Part shown: piece by piece, positions 28,573 to 38,651 of the stretch
How the letters are laid out: each line of letters starts with the position of its first letter
Position numbering within the stretch: the first letter of the stretch is position 1
Assembly: GCA_965243535.1 (NCBI GenBank)
Contig: CBDEVG010000045.1
Coordinates: 294,955-358,954, forward strand
Source of the DNA: Amaricoccus sp.
Lineage (GTDB): Bacteria > Pseudomonadota > Alphaproteobacteria > Rhodobacterales > Rhodobacteraceae
Direction: 5' to 3'
DNA length: 64,000 bases
The notes under the pieces: generated by a model
Seen by the model: only the letters and a program-made list of their open reading frames with translations
Told to the model about the DNA's origin: nothing
Database searches by the model: none
Made by a program: the position numbers and the translations under genes

Positions 28573-29291
28573 ACGCCCTTCTCCGCCTCGGCCGCGGCGC
28601 GCGATCGATCGACGAGCTCTTGAACCTTGCGACGCACCTGCTCTTCGTCCTTCACGACGGTGTCGGCGGGGATCGGCTCGCCGATCGAGATCCACGCGCG
28701 GTTCGAGGGTCGCGAGAGGAAGCCGCGCGCGTGGGCGCCGAGGGACTGCCCCGTGAACTCGTGGCCCGACGGGTACGCGATGCCCACGGGGACGATCTCC
28801 ACGTCGAGGCCCTTGGCCGCGAGGAACGCCCCGCGCTGGAACGCGCGCACCTCGTCGCCACCGTGCGTCGTGCCCTCGGGGAACACGATCACCGTGCGCT
28901 TCTCCTCGAGGTAGCGCTTCATCGTGCGGATCGCGTTCGCACCCGATCGACGATCGTCTCGATCGACGAAGATCGTGCCGACCATCTCCGCCGCCATGCC
29001 CACGACGGGCGCCGTGCGCGTCTTGTGGTTCGCGAGGAAGTGGCCACCGAAGAGGATGTCCAGCGGGATGATGTCGAGCGGCGTCCGGTGGTTCGAGACG
29101 ATCAGCCGCGCCTTCGTCGGCTCGCTCACCGCCCCGCCGACCACGCGGAAGTCGACGCCGAGGATTCGACGCGCACCGCGTGCCCAGAAGCGCAGACCCT
29201 TCGCGTGCGTGCCCTCGGGCGGCGTGCCCTTGATGCGATGAATCGTCACGACCCAATAGGTCCACGTCGTGATCACGAACATGCGCCACAT
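28569..29291 (-). CDS. 1-acyl-sn-glycerol-3-phosphate acyltransferase (PlsC/LPLAT family)
   Basis: N-terminal TM MWRMFVITTWTYWVV; acyltransferase motif I VSNHRTPLDIIP (NHxxxxD) and motif III VIVFPEGTT. 240 aa. Confidence 0.75.
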   Translation of the reverse strand: MWRMFVITTWTYWVVTIHRIKGTPPEGTHAKGLRFWARGARRILGVDFRVVGGAVSEPTKARLIVSNHRTPLDIIPLDILFGGHFLANHKTRTAPVVGMAAEMVGTIFVDRDDRRSGANAIRTMKRYLEEKRTVIVFPEGTTHGGDEVRAFQRGAFLAAKGLDVEIVPVGIAYPSGHEFTGQSLGAHARGFLSRPSNRAWISIGEPIPADTVVKDEEQVRRKVQELVDRSRAAAEAEKGV

Positions 29292-29449
29292 GCGGCGCAG
29301 CGTGCCGACGAGGCCGTAGGACACCTCCGACTTCGAGGTTGCGACGACTTCGATCGACGCAGTCGGCGCCGTCTCCGCGGGACGTTCAGCTTCGGCCTGT
29401 TCGCTCACGCGACCGGATCTGCCCTGTTTCGAGGCGGAGGTCGAGACCC

Positions 29450-29923
29450 TCAGCGCTTCGCGAGCGCACGGATCTCGGCCGCGAGCACCTCGACGTCGAA
29501 CGGCTTCTCGATGATGCGATCGAACACCGGATCGGTCTGGGGCGAGCCGGACACGCACATCGCCTTCAGACCCGGACGCACACGTCGCGCGTGCTCGACG
29601 AGCTCGCGACCGGTTCCGTCCGGCAGGTAGTGATCCGTCACCAGCACGTCGAGCTCGCCGGCCACCACGGCCGCGAGCCCCTCGGACAGCGAGCCCGCAC
29701 CGCGCACGTCGATGCCCTCGTACGCGAGCGCCGAGACGACGAGACGACGAAGCGGCGCGAGATCCTCGACGAACACGACCCTCACGCGCGCCCTCTGCGC
29801 GTCGTCGTGGTTCGGAGAGCCGGGCACCCCGGCCTTGTCGTCGTCGTCGGGTTCCACCCTCGTTCGTGCGAACGGTAGCCGGGACCGAGGAGGCAGGCCA
29901 AGGCCGACGAACGAGACCGTCAC
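29450..29923 (-). CDS. Response regulator receiver-domain protein (stand-alone CheY-like)
   Basis: VRVVFVEDLAPLRRLVVSALAYEGIDVRGAGSLSEGLAAV...LDVLVTDHYLPDGTGRELV with conserved D/D/T/K positions. The true start is probably the GTG at 29785 (VRVV...); the listed N-terminal 45 aa are low complexity. Confidence 0.6.
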   Translation of the reverse strand: MTVSFVGLGLPPRSRLPFARTRVEPDDDDKAGVPGSPNHDDAQRARVRVVFVEDLAPLRRLVVSALAYEGIDVRGAGSLSEGLAAVVAGELDVLVTDHYLPDGTGRELVEHARRVRPGLKAMCVSGSPQTDPVFDRIIEKPFDVEVLAAEIRALAKR

Positions 29924-29970
29924 CGATCGGAATCGAACGGTGAGCGACGGCGTCTGGCAGACTGCACCCC

Positions 29971-30735
29971 GTGGACGAGCTGCTCGCCATCCTGTTCTCG
30001 ATGCCCACGCTGCCGTGGACGTGCCTCGTCCTCGCGTCGGTCGTGTACTGGCTGACCGTCATCCTCGGCGCGCTCGACATCGAGGTGCTGGGCGGCGCGG
30101 AGGGCAAGGTGGCAGACGTCGGGCACGCGCACGACCTCGGCGACGTGGGCCACGCGCACGACGTCGGCCACGCGAGCGAAGGCCACGACCTCGCCGAGGG
30201 CGCGGCGGCGAAGGAGGGCGTGCTCTCGTCGCTGCTCTCCGCGCTCAAGCTTCGCAGCGTGCCGGTCACCGTCTCCCTCTCCTTCCTCGGCCTCTTCGGC
30301 TGGATCGTGAGCTACGTGCTCGCGAAGAACGCCGCCCCGCTGCTGCCGCTGCCCACGCTCGCGACCGAGATGCTCGTGTTCGTCGTCACGGCCGCCACCA
30401 GCCTCTTCCTGACGAGCGCGGCCGTTCGCCCGCTCGCACCGCTCTTCGCGAGGAAGCAGGGCACCAAGCACGTGGACCTCGTGGGCAAGGTCGTCCGCAT
30501 CACGACTGGCCGCGTCGACGGCAAGTTCGGCGAGGGTCACCTCGACGACGGAGCCGCGGGCCTCCAGCTCCAGGTCCGCTGCGCCGATCCGGACGCGCTC
30601 GCGCGTGACGACGAGGCTCTGATCCTCGGCTGGGACGCGAAGTCCGAGAGCTTCGAGGTCGAGCCGATGAGCGCCATCGACGAGAACGCCCACAAACGCA
30701 AGGGATCTGCGAAGGCCTCGGGAAAGCGGAGCTGA
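29971..30735 (+). CDS. NfeD/YqiJ-like inner-membrane protein (3 TM + C-terminal OB-fold beta domain) with His-rich loop
   Basis: TM helices LPWTCLVLASVVYWLTVILGAL, SLSFLGLFGWIVSYVLA and LATEMLVFVVTAATSLFL. C-terminal VDLVGKVVRITTGRVDGKFGEGHLDDGAAGLQLQVRC resembles the NfeD OB-fold. It sits directly upstream of a flotillin gene, as in yqiJ-yqiK / yuaF-floT. His-rich HAHDLGDVGHAHDVGH loop. Alternative ATG start at 30001. Confidence 0.55.
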   Translation: MDELLAILFSMPTLPWTCLVLASVVYWLTVILGALDIEVLGGAEGKVADVGHAHDLGDVGHAHDVGHASEGHDLAEGAAAKEGVLSSLLSALKLRSVPVTVSLSFLGLFGWIVSYVLAKNAAPLLPLPTLATEMLVFVVTAATSLFLTSAAVRPLAPLFARKQGTKHVDLVGKVVRITTGRVDGKFGEGHLDDGAAGLQLQVRCADPDALARDDEALILGWDAKSESFEVEPMSAIDENAHKRKGSAKASGKRS

Positions 30736-30899
30736 CCCATCGGTTCCTTCCCAGGCCCTTCACAGCCCCGAGGGAATGTCGAGGGTCCTCGCTCGTTTTC
30801 GGCTCGTCACGGAGGAGAGAGCGGCGGTGACAACACCGCGCGGGTCTGATTGGATCCGCGCCGCTCGTCGCCTCGTTCACACGAGGCAGAGGGAGGATC

Positions 30900-33101
30900 A
30901 TGTCGTCGAACCAGCTGATGATCGTGGGCGTCGTTCTAGCCGCGGTGGTGCTCGTCCTGGGCTTCTTCGCGATGCTCGCCCGCTTCTACCGCCTCGTCGA
31001 TCAAGGTCGCGCGCTGATCAAGACGGGCGTCGGCCTCGGCGGCGGCGAGCCGCACGTGACGTTCACGGGCTTCACGGTCTGGCCGATCATCAACCGCGCC
31101 GAGCTCATGGACATCTCGGTGAAGACGGTCGAGATCGATCGCCGCGGCAAGGACGGCCTGATCTGCGCGGACAACATCCGTGCTGACATCAAGGTCACGT
31201 TCTTCGTGCGCGTGAACAAGACAGTGGAGGACGTGCTCAAGGTCGCGCAGTCGATCGGCGCCGCGCGCGCCTCCGACCCGAAGACCGTCGAGCACCTCTT
31301 CACGGCGAAGTTCTCCGAGGCGCTCAAGACCGTCGGAAAGCAGCTCGAGTTCGAGGACCTCTACAAGAAGCGCGAGACGTTCCGCGATCAGATCAAGGAG
31401 GTCATCGGACGCGACCTCAACGGCTTCGTCCTCGACGACGTCGCGATCGACTATCTCGAGCAGACGCCGCTCGAGCTCATGGACGCGCAGAACATCCTCG
31501 ATGCGCAGGGCATCAAGAAGATCACCGACATCACGACCGTGCAGAACGTGATGACGAACGAGCTCCGCCAGAAGGAGCGCATGGACATCGGCAGCCAGAC
31601 GCTGAAGGGCGACGAGGCGATGTTCGCGTTCAACCAGCGCCGCGCCGAGGCCGAGGCCAAGACGAACAAGGAGATCGCCTCGACGCAGGCGCGCGAGCAG
31701 CAAGAGGCGCAGCGCATCTCCGACGAAGAGTCCAAGAAGACGCAGGTCCTGCGCGCGAAGTACGAGGAAGAGATCCTCGTCGCCCAGCAGAACAAGGAGC
31801 GCGGCGCCGCGATCGCGCAGAAGGGTCGCGAGCGCGAGATCGCCGTCGAGACCGAGCGTGTCGAGAAGGCCCGCGCCCTCGAGCAGATCGTGCGCGAGCG
31901 CGAGGTCACGCTGGGCACGATCGCCAAGGAGAAGGAAGTCGAGGTCCAGAAGAAGGACATCGCCGACGTCGTCCGAGGCCGCATCGCGGTCGAGAAGACG
32001 GTCGCGGAGGAAGAAGAGCGCATCAAGGATCTCCGCCTCATCGCGGAGGCCAAGCGCCAGAAGGAAGCCGTCGTCATCACGGCGAGCGCGTCGGCCGAAG
32101 AGGCCGCGGTGAAGCTCGTGAAGAAGGCCGAGGCGGACGAGACCATCGCGCGCCACGAAGCCAAGAAGCGCATCACGATCGCGGACGCGGATCTCGAGAC
32201 CGCCGACAAGAGCGCGCGCGCCAAGATGCGCGTCGCCGAGGGCGTCCAGGCCGAGCACGCGGCGGCGGGCCTCGCCGAGGTGCGCGTGCGCGAGGCGCAG
32301 GCTGTGGCGATCGAGAAGCAGGGCCTCGCCGAGGCGCTCGTCATCGAGAGGAAGATGACGGCCGAGGCGACGGGACTCGAGAACAAGGGCATGGCCGAGG
32401 CCAAGGTCCTCGAGAAGCGCGGCGATGCTCAGGGCAAGGCGGGCCTCGCCGAGGCGGCCGTCCTGCGCGAGCGCACGAACATCGAGGTCGGCGGTGAGGA
32501 GGCCAAGGGCATGGCGCTGGCGCGTGTCCGCGAGGCCGAGGCGCTCGCCATCTCCAAGCGCGGCGAGGCCGAGGCCGGCGCGATCCAGCAGAAGCTCGAG
32601 GCCGAGGCCGCAGGCCTCGCGCAGAAGGCCAACGCGATGAAGGCGCTCGACGGCGTGGGCCGCGAGCACGAGGAGTTCCGCCTCCGCCTCGACAAGGAGA
32701 AGGCGGTGGAGCTCGCGGCGATCGACGTGAAGAAGGAGATCGCGAAGTCTCAGGCGGAGGTCATGGCCACCGCGATGGGCAACGCGAAGATCCAGATCGT
32801 CGGCGGCGACGGGCAGTTCTTCGAGCGCTTCGCCAACGCCCTCACGATGGGCCAGGCGATCGACGCGACGGTCGACAACAGCCAGACCGTCCAGACGGTG
32901 CTGTCGGAGTACCTCCAGAAGAACCGCAGCCTCCCCGAGGACCTCACCGAGATCCTCAAGAATCCCAAGCTCGACACCGAAGCGCTGAAGAACCTCAGCG
33001 TGAGCGCCTTCCTCACGAAGCTCTCTGCGGAGTCCGGCGACGCGAGCACCAAGAGCCGCCTCGAGGCGCTCTTGACGCAAGCCAAGAAGCTCGGACTCTG
33101 A
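30900..33101 (+). CDS. Flotillin-family SPFH/band-7 protein (YqiK/FloT-like)
   Basis: N-terminal TM, SPFH domain (YRLVDQGRALIKTG...VKTVEIDRRGKDGLICADNIRADIKVTFFVRV), then a long E/A/K-rich coiled coil and a flotillin-type C-terminus. 733 aa. Start has a strong RBS GAGGGAGGATCATG. Confidence 0.85.
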   Translation: MSSNQLMIVGVVLAAVVLVLGFFAMLARFYRLVDQGRALIKTGVGLGGGEPHVTFTGFTVWPIINRAELMDISVKTVEIDRRGKDGLICADNIRADIKVTFFVRVNKTVEDVLKVAQSIGAARASDPKTVEHLFTAKFSEALKTVGKQLEFEDLYKKRETFRDQIKEVIGRDLNGFVLDDVAIDYLEQTPLELMDAQNILDAQGIKKITDITTVQNVMTNELRQKERMDIGSQTLKGDEAMFAFNQRRAEAEAKTNKEIASTQAREQQEAQRISDEESKKTQVLRAKYEEEILVAQQNKERGAAIAQKGREREIAVETERVEKARALEQIVREREVTLGTIAKEKEVEVQKKDIADVVRGRIAVEKTVAEEEERIKDLRLIAEAKRQKEAVVITASASAEEAAVKLVKKAEADETIARHEAKKRITIADADLETADKSARAKMRVAEGVQAEHAAAGLAEVRVREAQAVAIEKQGLAEALVIERKMTAEATGLENKGMAEAKVLEKRGDAQGKAGLAEAAVLRERTNIEVGGEEAKGMALARVREAEALAISKRGEAEAGAIQQKLEAEAAGLAQKANAMKALDGVGREHEEFRLRLDKEKAVELAAIDVKKEIAKSQAEVMATAMGNAKIQIVGGDGQFFERFANALTMGQAIDATVDNSQTVQTVLSEYLQKNRSLPEDLTEILKNPKLDTEALKNLSVSAFLTKLSAESGDASTKSRLEALLTQAKKLGL

Positions 33102-33304
33102 GTCTCCCGCGTCCTCACTGCCCTCCGCCGCGTCTCCTCTGCGACTCGAAGCCCACGTGGCGCGAGCGGAGGGACGCGGGGGTGGGGGGTCCAGGGCCGA
33201 GTTCCGCAGGCCGAAGGGCGAGGATGTCCGAGGCATCGGACCCCCCTCCCCCGTGGCCCGACCCAGCACGCTCGAGGCGTCTCTGCACGAGACCGAGGTC
33301 GTAA

Positions 33305-36300
33305 GTGGCTGAGCAGATCGATCAGGGCAATTACGAGATCCTCCGGCGCCGTCTCGACGAGCAGGCCAAAGCCCTCGCCGAGCGGACCGGACAGCTCGAT
33401 GACGCCCGCAAGAAGACGTTCGGCGGCTCCGAGCTCGCGGTGGTCGCGAACGAGCGGGTCCGCACCGAGAACAACTGCGTTCCTCGAGACCTCGTGTCGT
33501 TCCGAGGCACGCTGGTCATGGGCTACAAGGTCTTCCTCGGCCTGCGCGCGGAGACTCAAGTCCACGACGTGCTCTCGCTCCACCGCTCGGTGAAGGGCGA
33601 GGACGGCAGCTGGGATCTCTCCGAGCTCCCCCGCGACACCATCCCCGGGTTCTTGAACGATCCGCGCTTCCTCAAGGAGTTCACGGATCTCTTCAAGTAC
33701 TACCGAGAGACCAAGCTCCTCCAGCTCCGCGTGGAGAGCGATCGCATCCTCGCGATCTTCCAGACGGGCGCCACGCTCGGTGACCAGCGCGTGCTCCGCT
33801 GGAGCGTCGATGCCGCGGGCAACGTCGCCTACCTCGACGAGCGTGGTGATCGCGACCACGTCTTTCCGACCCCCTTCGACTTCGAGTGGAGGGCCGTCGG
33901 CCGCGAGCAGCAACGCACGGGACGACATCCCCACCTCTCGATCGAAGACGAGCTCTTCGTGGAGACCATCCACGGCGATCTGACCATCAAGATCGAGGAC
34001 AACACCGAGACCGGACAAGGCATCTACTCGGAGCAGGTCGAGGACCCGAATCAGGCGCTCGACGACGCAGAGATCAAGTACGCAGTCGTCGGCGGCTTGA
34101 TCCTCCTCTCGATGAAGCCTTATCGCGAGACCAAGACTCGCTACCTGGTCTTCAACCGCCGCACCAAGGAAGTGCAGCGCATCGACGCGATCGGGCAGAG
34201 CTGCCGCCAGCTGCCCGAGGACCACGGCATCGTGTTTCCCGGCGGCTACTACCTCGATGTCGGCGAAGGAAAGGTCTTCGATCATCAGGTCGAGGGGCTC
34301 GAGCTGTTCAAGGTCATCAAGTCGCCGAACGGCGAAGACGTGCTCTTCGTCTACCACCGTCGCGATCAGGGCCTCTACCAGCTGCTCTCGTACAACCTGA
34401 TCCGCAAGGAGGTCGCGACGCCGATCGTCTGTCACGGCATGTCGCTCTTCGCCGATGGAACGCTGGTCGTGTTCCGCTCGGCGTCCGAAGAGCCCTCTCG
34501 CATCCATCCGGTGCAGATCTGGCGAACGCCCTATACCTCGGCGGAGCACGCTGCTCAGGCGCAGACCGACGGCTCGTTCCTCTCGAAGATCGGCAATGCC
34601 GAGCTCGTGCGCGGCATCTCGGACAGCTACTCGATCGCGAAGATGGCCCAGAAGGCCGAGCTCGTTCGCTCGACCTACGAAGAGATCGTCAAGAACTCGG
34701 AGCGTGTCTCGGACGCGTACCACTGGGTCGGGCACGTCGAGGCGTTCCAGCTGAAGAGCGCCATCTTCGAGGTGAAGAAGACCGCCGAGCTCGTGATCGA
34801 CGAGCTCGAGAAGGTCCTCGCGATGAAGAAGCGCGCGGCGGACGCGCTCGATCAGGCCAAGAGATCGCGCGACGAGCTCGTCCGCAAGACGCGCCCCGAG
34901 GACATGCGCTCGGTGGACGACTTCATGGGCGCGCTCACCTCGCTCCGCGGTCAGCGTGGTCAGCTCGTGAGCTTGCGCGAGATCCGCTACGTCGATCTCG
35001 CGGCGATCGACGCGCTCGAGAAAGCCACCATCGCCGATCAGGAGAAGGTCTCCACAGCTTGTGTGGTCTTCTTGTCGGGCGACGACGCGCTCGTGCCGGT
35101 CTCGAGCAAGCTCGACGAGATCGATCACAGCATCGCCAAGGTCGAGAAGACCGTGGACGCGCGCCCGCTCGGTGAGGAGCTCGAGCGCGTCGGCAGCGGG
35201 CTCACGGTGCTGTCCGAGGTCGTCGGTGGCCTCGAGGTGGACGATCCCGTCCAGCGCGCGAAGATCCTCGAGAACATCGGCGACGTCTTCGCCAAACAGA
35301 ACCGCGTGCGCGCCGTGCTCGAAGCGCGTCGTAGGGAGCTCGCGGCGATCGAGGGGCGCGCGTCCTTCGGCGCCCAGATGAAGCTGCTCGGTCAGAGCGT
35401 GAGCAGCTCGCTCGCGGTCGCCGACAGCCCCGAGAAGTGCGACGCGGAGCTCGCGCGGCTCCTCGTCTCGCTCGAAGAGATCGAGGCGAAGTTCGGCGAG
35501 CTCGACGAGTTCGTGCTCGAGCTCACCAAGAAGCGCGAGGAGATCACCGACGCGCTCGGCGCCAAGAAGCAGCAGCTCCTCGAAGAGCGGCAGAAGCGCG
35601 CGCAGTCCCTCATGTCGGCGGCCGAGCGCATCCTCGAAGGCGTCGGTCGTCGGTCACGCACGTTCAAGACCGAGGACGAGCTCAACGCCTACTTCGCGTC
35701 CGACGCGATGGTCGCCAAGCTTCGCCAGATCGCGGAGCAGCTGCGCGGCATCGGCGACTCGGTGCGCTCCGACGAGGTCGACGGCAAGGGCAAGGCCGCG
35801 CGCAGTCAGGCCCTGCGCGCGCTGCGCGACAAGCTCGATCTCTTCGAGGAGGGCGACAGCGTCGTCCGCCTCGGGCGTCACAAGTTCTCGGTCAACAACC
35901 AGCCGCTCGAGCTCACGATCGTACCGCGCACGATCGGCGACGAGTCGGAGACGACGCTCGCGCTGCACCTCACCGGCACCGACTTCTTCGAGACGATCGA
36001 CGATCCGGCGCTGCGCGCCGCCAAGCCCTACTGGACGCAGGCGCTGGTGAGCGAGACGAGCGACGTCTACCGCGGCGAGTACCTCGCGGGCTCGATGCTC
36101 TTCGATGTCGAGGAGGGCAAGAGCGGCCTCACGATCCCGAAGCTCACCGAGGCGCTGCGAGAGGACGCTGCGTTTCTCGATCTCGTGCGCGGCTACGCGC
36201 AGCCCCGCTACGACGAAGGCTACGACCGCGGCGTCCACGACGCGGACGCGGCGAAGATCCTCGCGCAGGTCCTCACGCTGCGCGCCTCCGCGGGTCTTCT

Positions 36301-38644
36301 GCGCTTCGCGACGACGCCACGCGCGATCGCGTGTGCATTCTGGGCGTTCGGATTCGCTCCGGCAGGTGCGAGCTCCCAGACGGGGCTCCTCGACGCGTCG
36401 CTCAAGACGTCCCTCCAGCGGCGCGCCGCGAGCCTCGGTCGCGTCCGCGCCACGACGTCCGACGGGTCGGGTCTCTCTCAGCTCGCGGACGAGCTCGCTG
36501 TCGCGATCGAGAAGAACGCGAAGGCGCTCGAGATCGATGCCGACTCCTCCGACGCGCGTGTCGCCGCTGCGTATCTCGTCGAAGAGCTCAGCAAGGAGTC
36601 GGTGCGATTCGCCACGAGCGCGTCGGCCGAGCAGCTCGCCGAGGCCTTGAGGGCGCACCTCGACGTGTCGGGCGCCCGACGTTCCTTCGACGACGACCTC
36701 CGAGCGCTCGAGGGAGAGCCGCGCGCGCGCCTCGCGCTCGTGCGCGCTTGGATGCGAGGCGTCGCGCAGCGATCGCCCGAGCTGTCGCACGCCGAGCTCG
36801 AGGCCAGCGTGCTCGTCGCGACGGACCGCAAGCTCGACCGCGAGGTGGTTCACGCGCTCGTTCAGGCCGACGTGCGAGATCTGTTCGGTCAGCACCCGCG
36901 CATCACCGACCGCAAGCTCACGCTCCGCCTCGACGAGCTGCTCTCGCGTCTGTTCGCCTATCGCACGCACCACGTGCCGGGCTTCCGCGCGTACCGCGAG
37001 CTGCGTCACACGATCCTCGAGCGCGAGCGGAAGCGCCTGCGGCTCGACGAGCTCAAGGCGAAGCCGATGGCGTCGTTCGTGCGCAATCGGCTGGTCGATC
37101 AGGTCTACCTGCCGATGGTGGGCGACAACCTGAGCAAGCAGCTCGGCGCGCTCGGCGAGGGCAAGCGCACCGACACGATGGGTCTCCTCTTGCTCGTCTC
37201 GCCGCCCGGCTACGGCAAGACGACACTCATGGAGTACGTGGCCAATCGGCTCGGCCTCGTGTTCGTGAAGGTCAATGGCCCATCCCTCGGGCACGAGGTG
37301 CGCTCGGTCGATCCTGCGCAGGCGCCCAACGCGACGTCGCGCCAAGAGGTGGAGAAGATCAACCTCGCCCTCGAGATGGGCAACAACGTGATGCTCTATC
37401 TCGACGACATCCAGCACACGAGCTCGGAGCTGCTCCAGCAATTCATCTCGATGTGCGACGCACAGCGCCGGATGGAGGGCATCTGGAACGGAAAGACGCG
37501 CACGTACGATCTGCGCGGCAAGAAGTTCTGCGTCGTGATGGCTGGCAATCCGTACACCGAGACGGGCGAGAAGTTCCGGATCCCCGACATGCTCGCGAAC
37601 CGCGCCGACACGTACAACCTCGGTGAGGTGCTCGAGGGCAAGCTCGAGGCGTTCGCGCTCAGCTACGTCGAGAACTGCCTCACCTCGAATTCCGTGCTCT
37701 CCCCCCTCGCGACGCGGAGCAGCAAGGACGTCGACAAGATCCTTCGCATCGCCATGGGCGAGCAGATCGCGACGACGGAGCTCGAGCACGGCTACTCGGG
37801 CGCAGAGCTGTCCGAGATGACGACGGTGCTGCAGAAGCTCTTCCGCGTGCGCGACGTGCTGTTGAAGGTCAACGCCGAGTACATCCTGAGCGCCAGTCAG
37901 GAAGACGCCTATCGCACCGAGCCGCCCTTCAAGCTGCAGGGCAGCTATCGCAACATGACGAAGATGGCGGGCAAGGTCGTCGCCGCGATGAACGACGACG
38001 AGCTCGAGCGCCTGATCGACGATCACTACCGTGGCGAGTCGCAGACGCTGACCGTCGGCGGCGAGCAGAACCTCCTCAAGCTCGCAGAGCTCCGGAACCG
38101 CATGAGCGACACCCAGCGCACGCGCTGGGCCGAAATCAAGACGGAGTTCAAGCGCCGAAAGACCATGGGCTCGGGCGACGACGACCCGGTCGCGCGCGTG
38201 ACTGGCACCTTGAGCGTGCTCGGGCAGAACCTCGACGAGATCCGGGTCGCGCTCGGGCACGCCGTCTCACGCGCCGACATCGCCGAGAAGGATCGAAAGG
38301 ACATGATCGTCGCGCTCGCGGAGACTGCGAAGCTGCAAGGCGAGATCACGCGGGCGGCGCTGACGGACGGTCGCGACAAGAACCCACCCCCGTGGCTCGC
38401 GGACGGGCTCGCCGAGCTCAACCGCTCGCTGACCGGCCTCGGCAAGCCCGAGGTCAACATCACCGTCGAGCCCCCGGCCGGCTACGCCGAGATGCTCTCG
38501 CACCAAGTGGCGCTCACCGAGCAGACACTCGTTCCGCTCGTGCAGAGCGCCGCGAAGAACCTCGAAGACGCCCATTCGCTCCACGAGCACATGATCCAGC
38601 TGCTCGATCTCTTGAAGAAGATCGATCTCCGTCTCAGGGGCTGA
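33305..38644 (+). CDS. Giant (1779 aa) protein with a single MoxR/AAA_5-type AAA+ ATPase domain near the C-terminus; N-terminal beta-rich (propeller-like) and coiled-coil regions; function unknown
   Basis: GTG start after GAGG. AAA+ motifs LLLVSPPGYGKTTLMEYVA (Walker A), VMLYLDDIQH (Walker B), CVVMAGNPYTETGEKFRIPDMLANRADTYNL (sensor-1 / NP..G..LP...nR pattern typical of MoxR/midasin-type AAA_5). About 1150 aa precede the ATPase, with beta-strand-like repeats in aa 80-420 followed by a coiled coil. No family recognised by eye. Confidence 0.8.
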   Translation: MAEQIDQGNYEILRRRLDEQAKALAERTGQLDDARKKTFGGSELAVVANERVRTENNCVPRDLVSFRGTLVMGYKVFLGLRAETQVHDVLSLHRSVKGEDGSWDLSELPRDTIPGFLNDPRFLKEFTDLFKYYRETKLLQLRVESDRILAIFQTGATLGDQRVLRWSVDAAGNVAYLDERGDRDHVFPTPFDFEWRAVGREQQRTGRHPHLSIEDELFVETIHGDLTIKIEDNTETGQGIYSEQVEDPNQALDDAEIKYAVVGGLILLSMKPYRETKTRYLVFNRRTKEVQRIDAIGQSCRQLPEDHGIVFPGGYYLDVGEGKVFDHQVEGLELFKVIKSPNGEDVLFVYHRRDQGLYQLLSYNLIRKEVATPIVCHGMSLFADGTLVVFRSASEEPSRIHPVQIWRTPYTSAEHAAQAQTDGSFLSKIGNAELVRGISDSYSIAKMAQKAELVRSTYEEIVKNSERVSDAYHWVGHVEAFQLKSAIFEVKKTAELVIDELEKVLAMKKRAADALDQAKRSRDELVRKTRPEDMRSVDDFMGALTSLRGQRGQLVSLREIRYVDLAAIDALEKATIADQEKVSTACVVFLSGDDALVPVSSKLDEIDHSIAKVEKTVDARPLGEELERVGSGLTVLSEVVGGLEVDDPVQRAKILENIGDVFAKQNRVRAVLEARRRELAAIEGRASFGAQMKLLGQSVSSSLAVADSPEKCDAELARLLVSLEEIEAKFGELDEFVLELTKKREEITDALGAKKQQLLEERQKRAQSLMSAAERILEGVGRRSRTFKTEDELNAYFASDAMVAKLRQIAEQLRGIGDSVRSDEVDGKGKAARSQALRALRDKLDLFEEGDSVVRLGRHKFSVNNQPLELTIVPRTIGDESETTLALHLTGTDFFETIDDPALRAAKPYWTQALVSETSDVYRGEYLAGSMLFDVEEGKSGLTIPKLTEALREDAAFLDLVRGYAQPRYDEGYDRGVHDADAAKILAQVLTLRASAGLLRFATTPRAIACAFWAFGFAPAGASSQTGLLDASLKTSLQRRAASLGRVRATTSDGSGLSQLADELAVAIEKNAKALEIDADSSDARVAAAYLVEELSKESVRFATSASAEQLAEALRAHLDVSGARRSFDDDLRALEGEPRARLALVRAWMRGVAQRSPELSHAELEASVLVATDRKLDREVVHALVQADVRDLFGQHPRITDRKLTLRLDELLSRLFAYRTHHVPGFRAYRELRHTILERERKRLRLDELKAKPMASFVRNRLVDQVYLPMVGDNLSKQLGALGEGKRTDTMGLLLLVSPPGYGKTTLMEYVANRLGLVFVKVNGPSLGHEVRSVDPAQAPNATSRQEVEKINLALEMGNNVMLYLDDIQHTSSELLQQFISMCDAQRRMEGIWNGKTRTYDLRGKKFCVVMAGNPYTETGEKFRIPDMLANRADTYNLGEVLEGKLEAFALSYVENCLTSNSVLSPLATRSSKDVDKILRIAMGEQIATTELEHGYSGAELSEMTTVLQKLFRVRDVLLKVNAEYILSASQEDAYRTEPPFKLQGSYRNMTKMAGKVVAAMNDDELERLIDDHYRGESQTLTVGGEQNLLKLAELRNRMSDTQRTRWAEIKTEFKRRKTMGSGDDDPVARVTGTLSVLGQNLDEIRVALGHAVSRADIAEKDRKDMIVALAETAKLQGEITRAALTDGRDKNPPPWLADGLAELNRSLTGLGKPEVNITVEPPAGYAEMLSHQVALTEQTLVPLVQSAAKNLEDAHSLHEHMIQLLDLLKKIDLRLRG

Positions 38645-38651
38645 TCTCCCG

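Noticed and set aside
30936-38260. Very long minus-strand ORFs (30936..33269, 32750..35128, 35654..38260) opposite flotillin and the giant ATPase gene
   Set aside because: Repetitive Leu/Arg/Asp/Glu-rich translations with no motifs. They mirror the coiled-coil-coding plus strand and are shadow ORFs.
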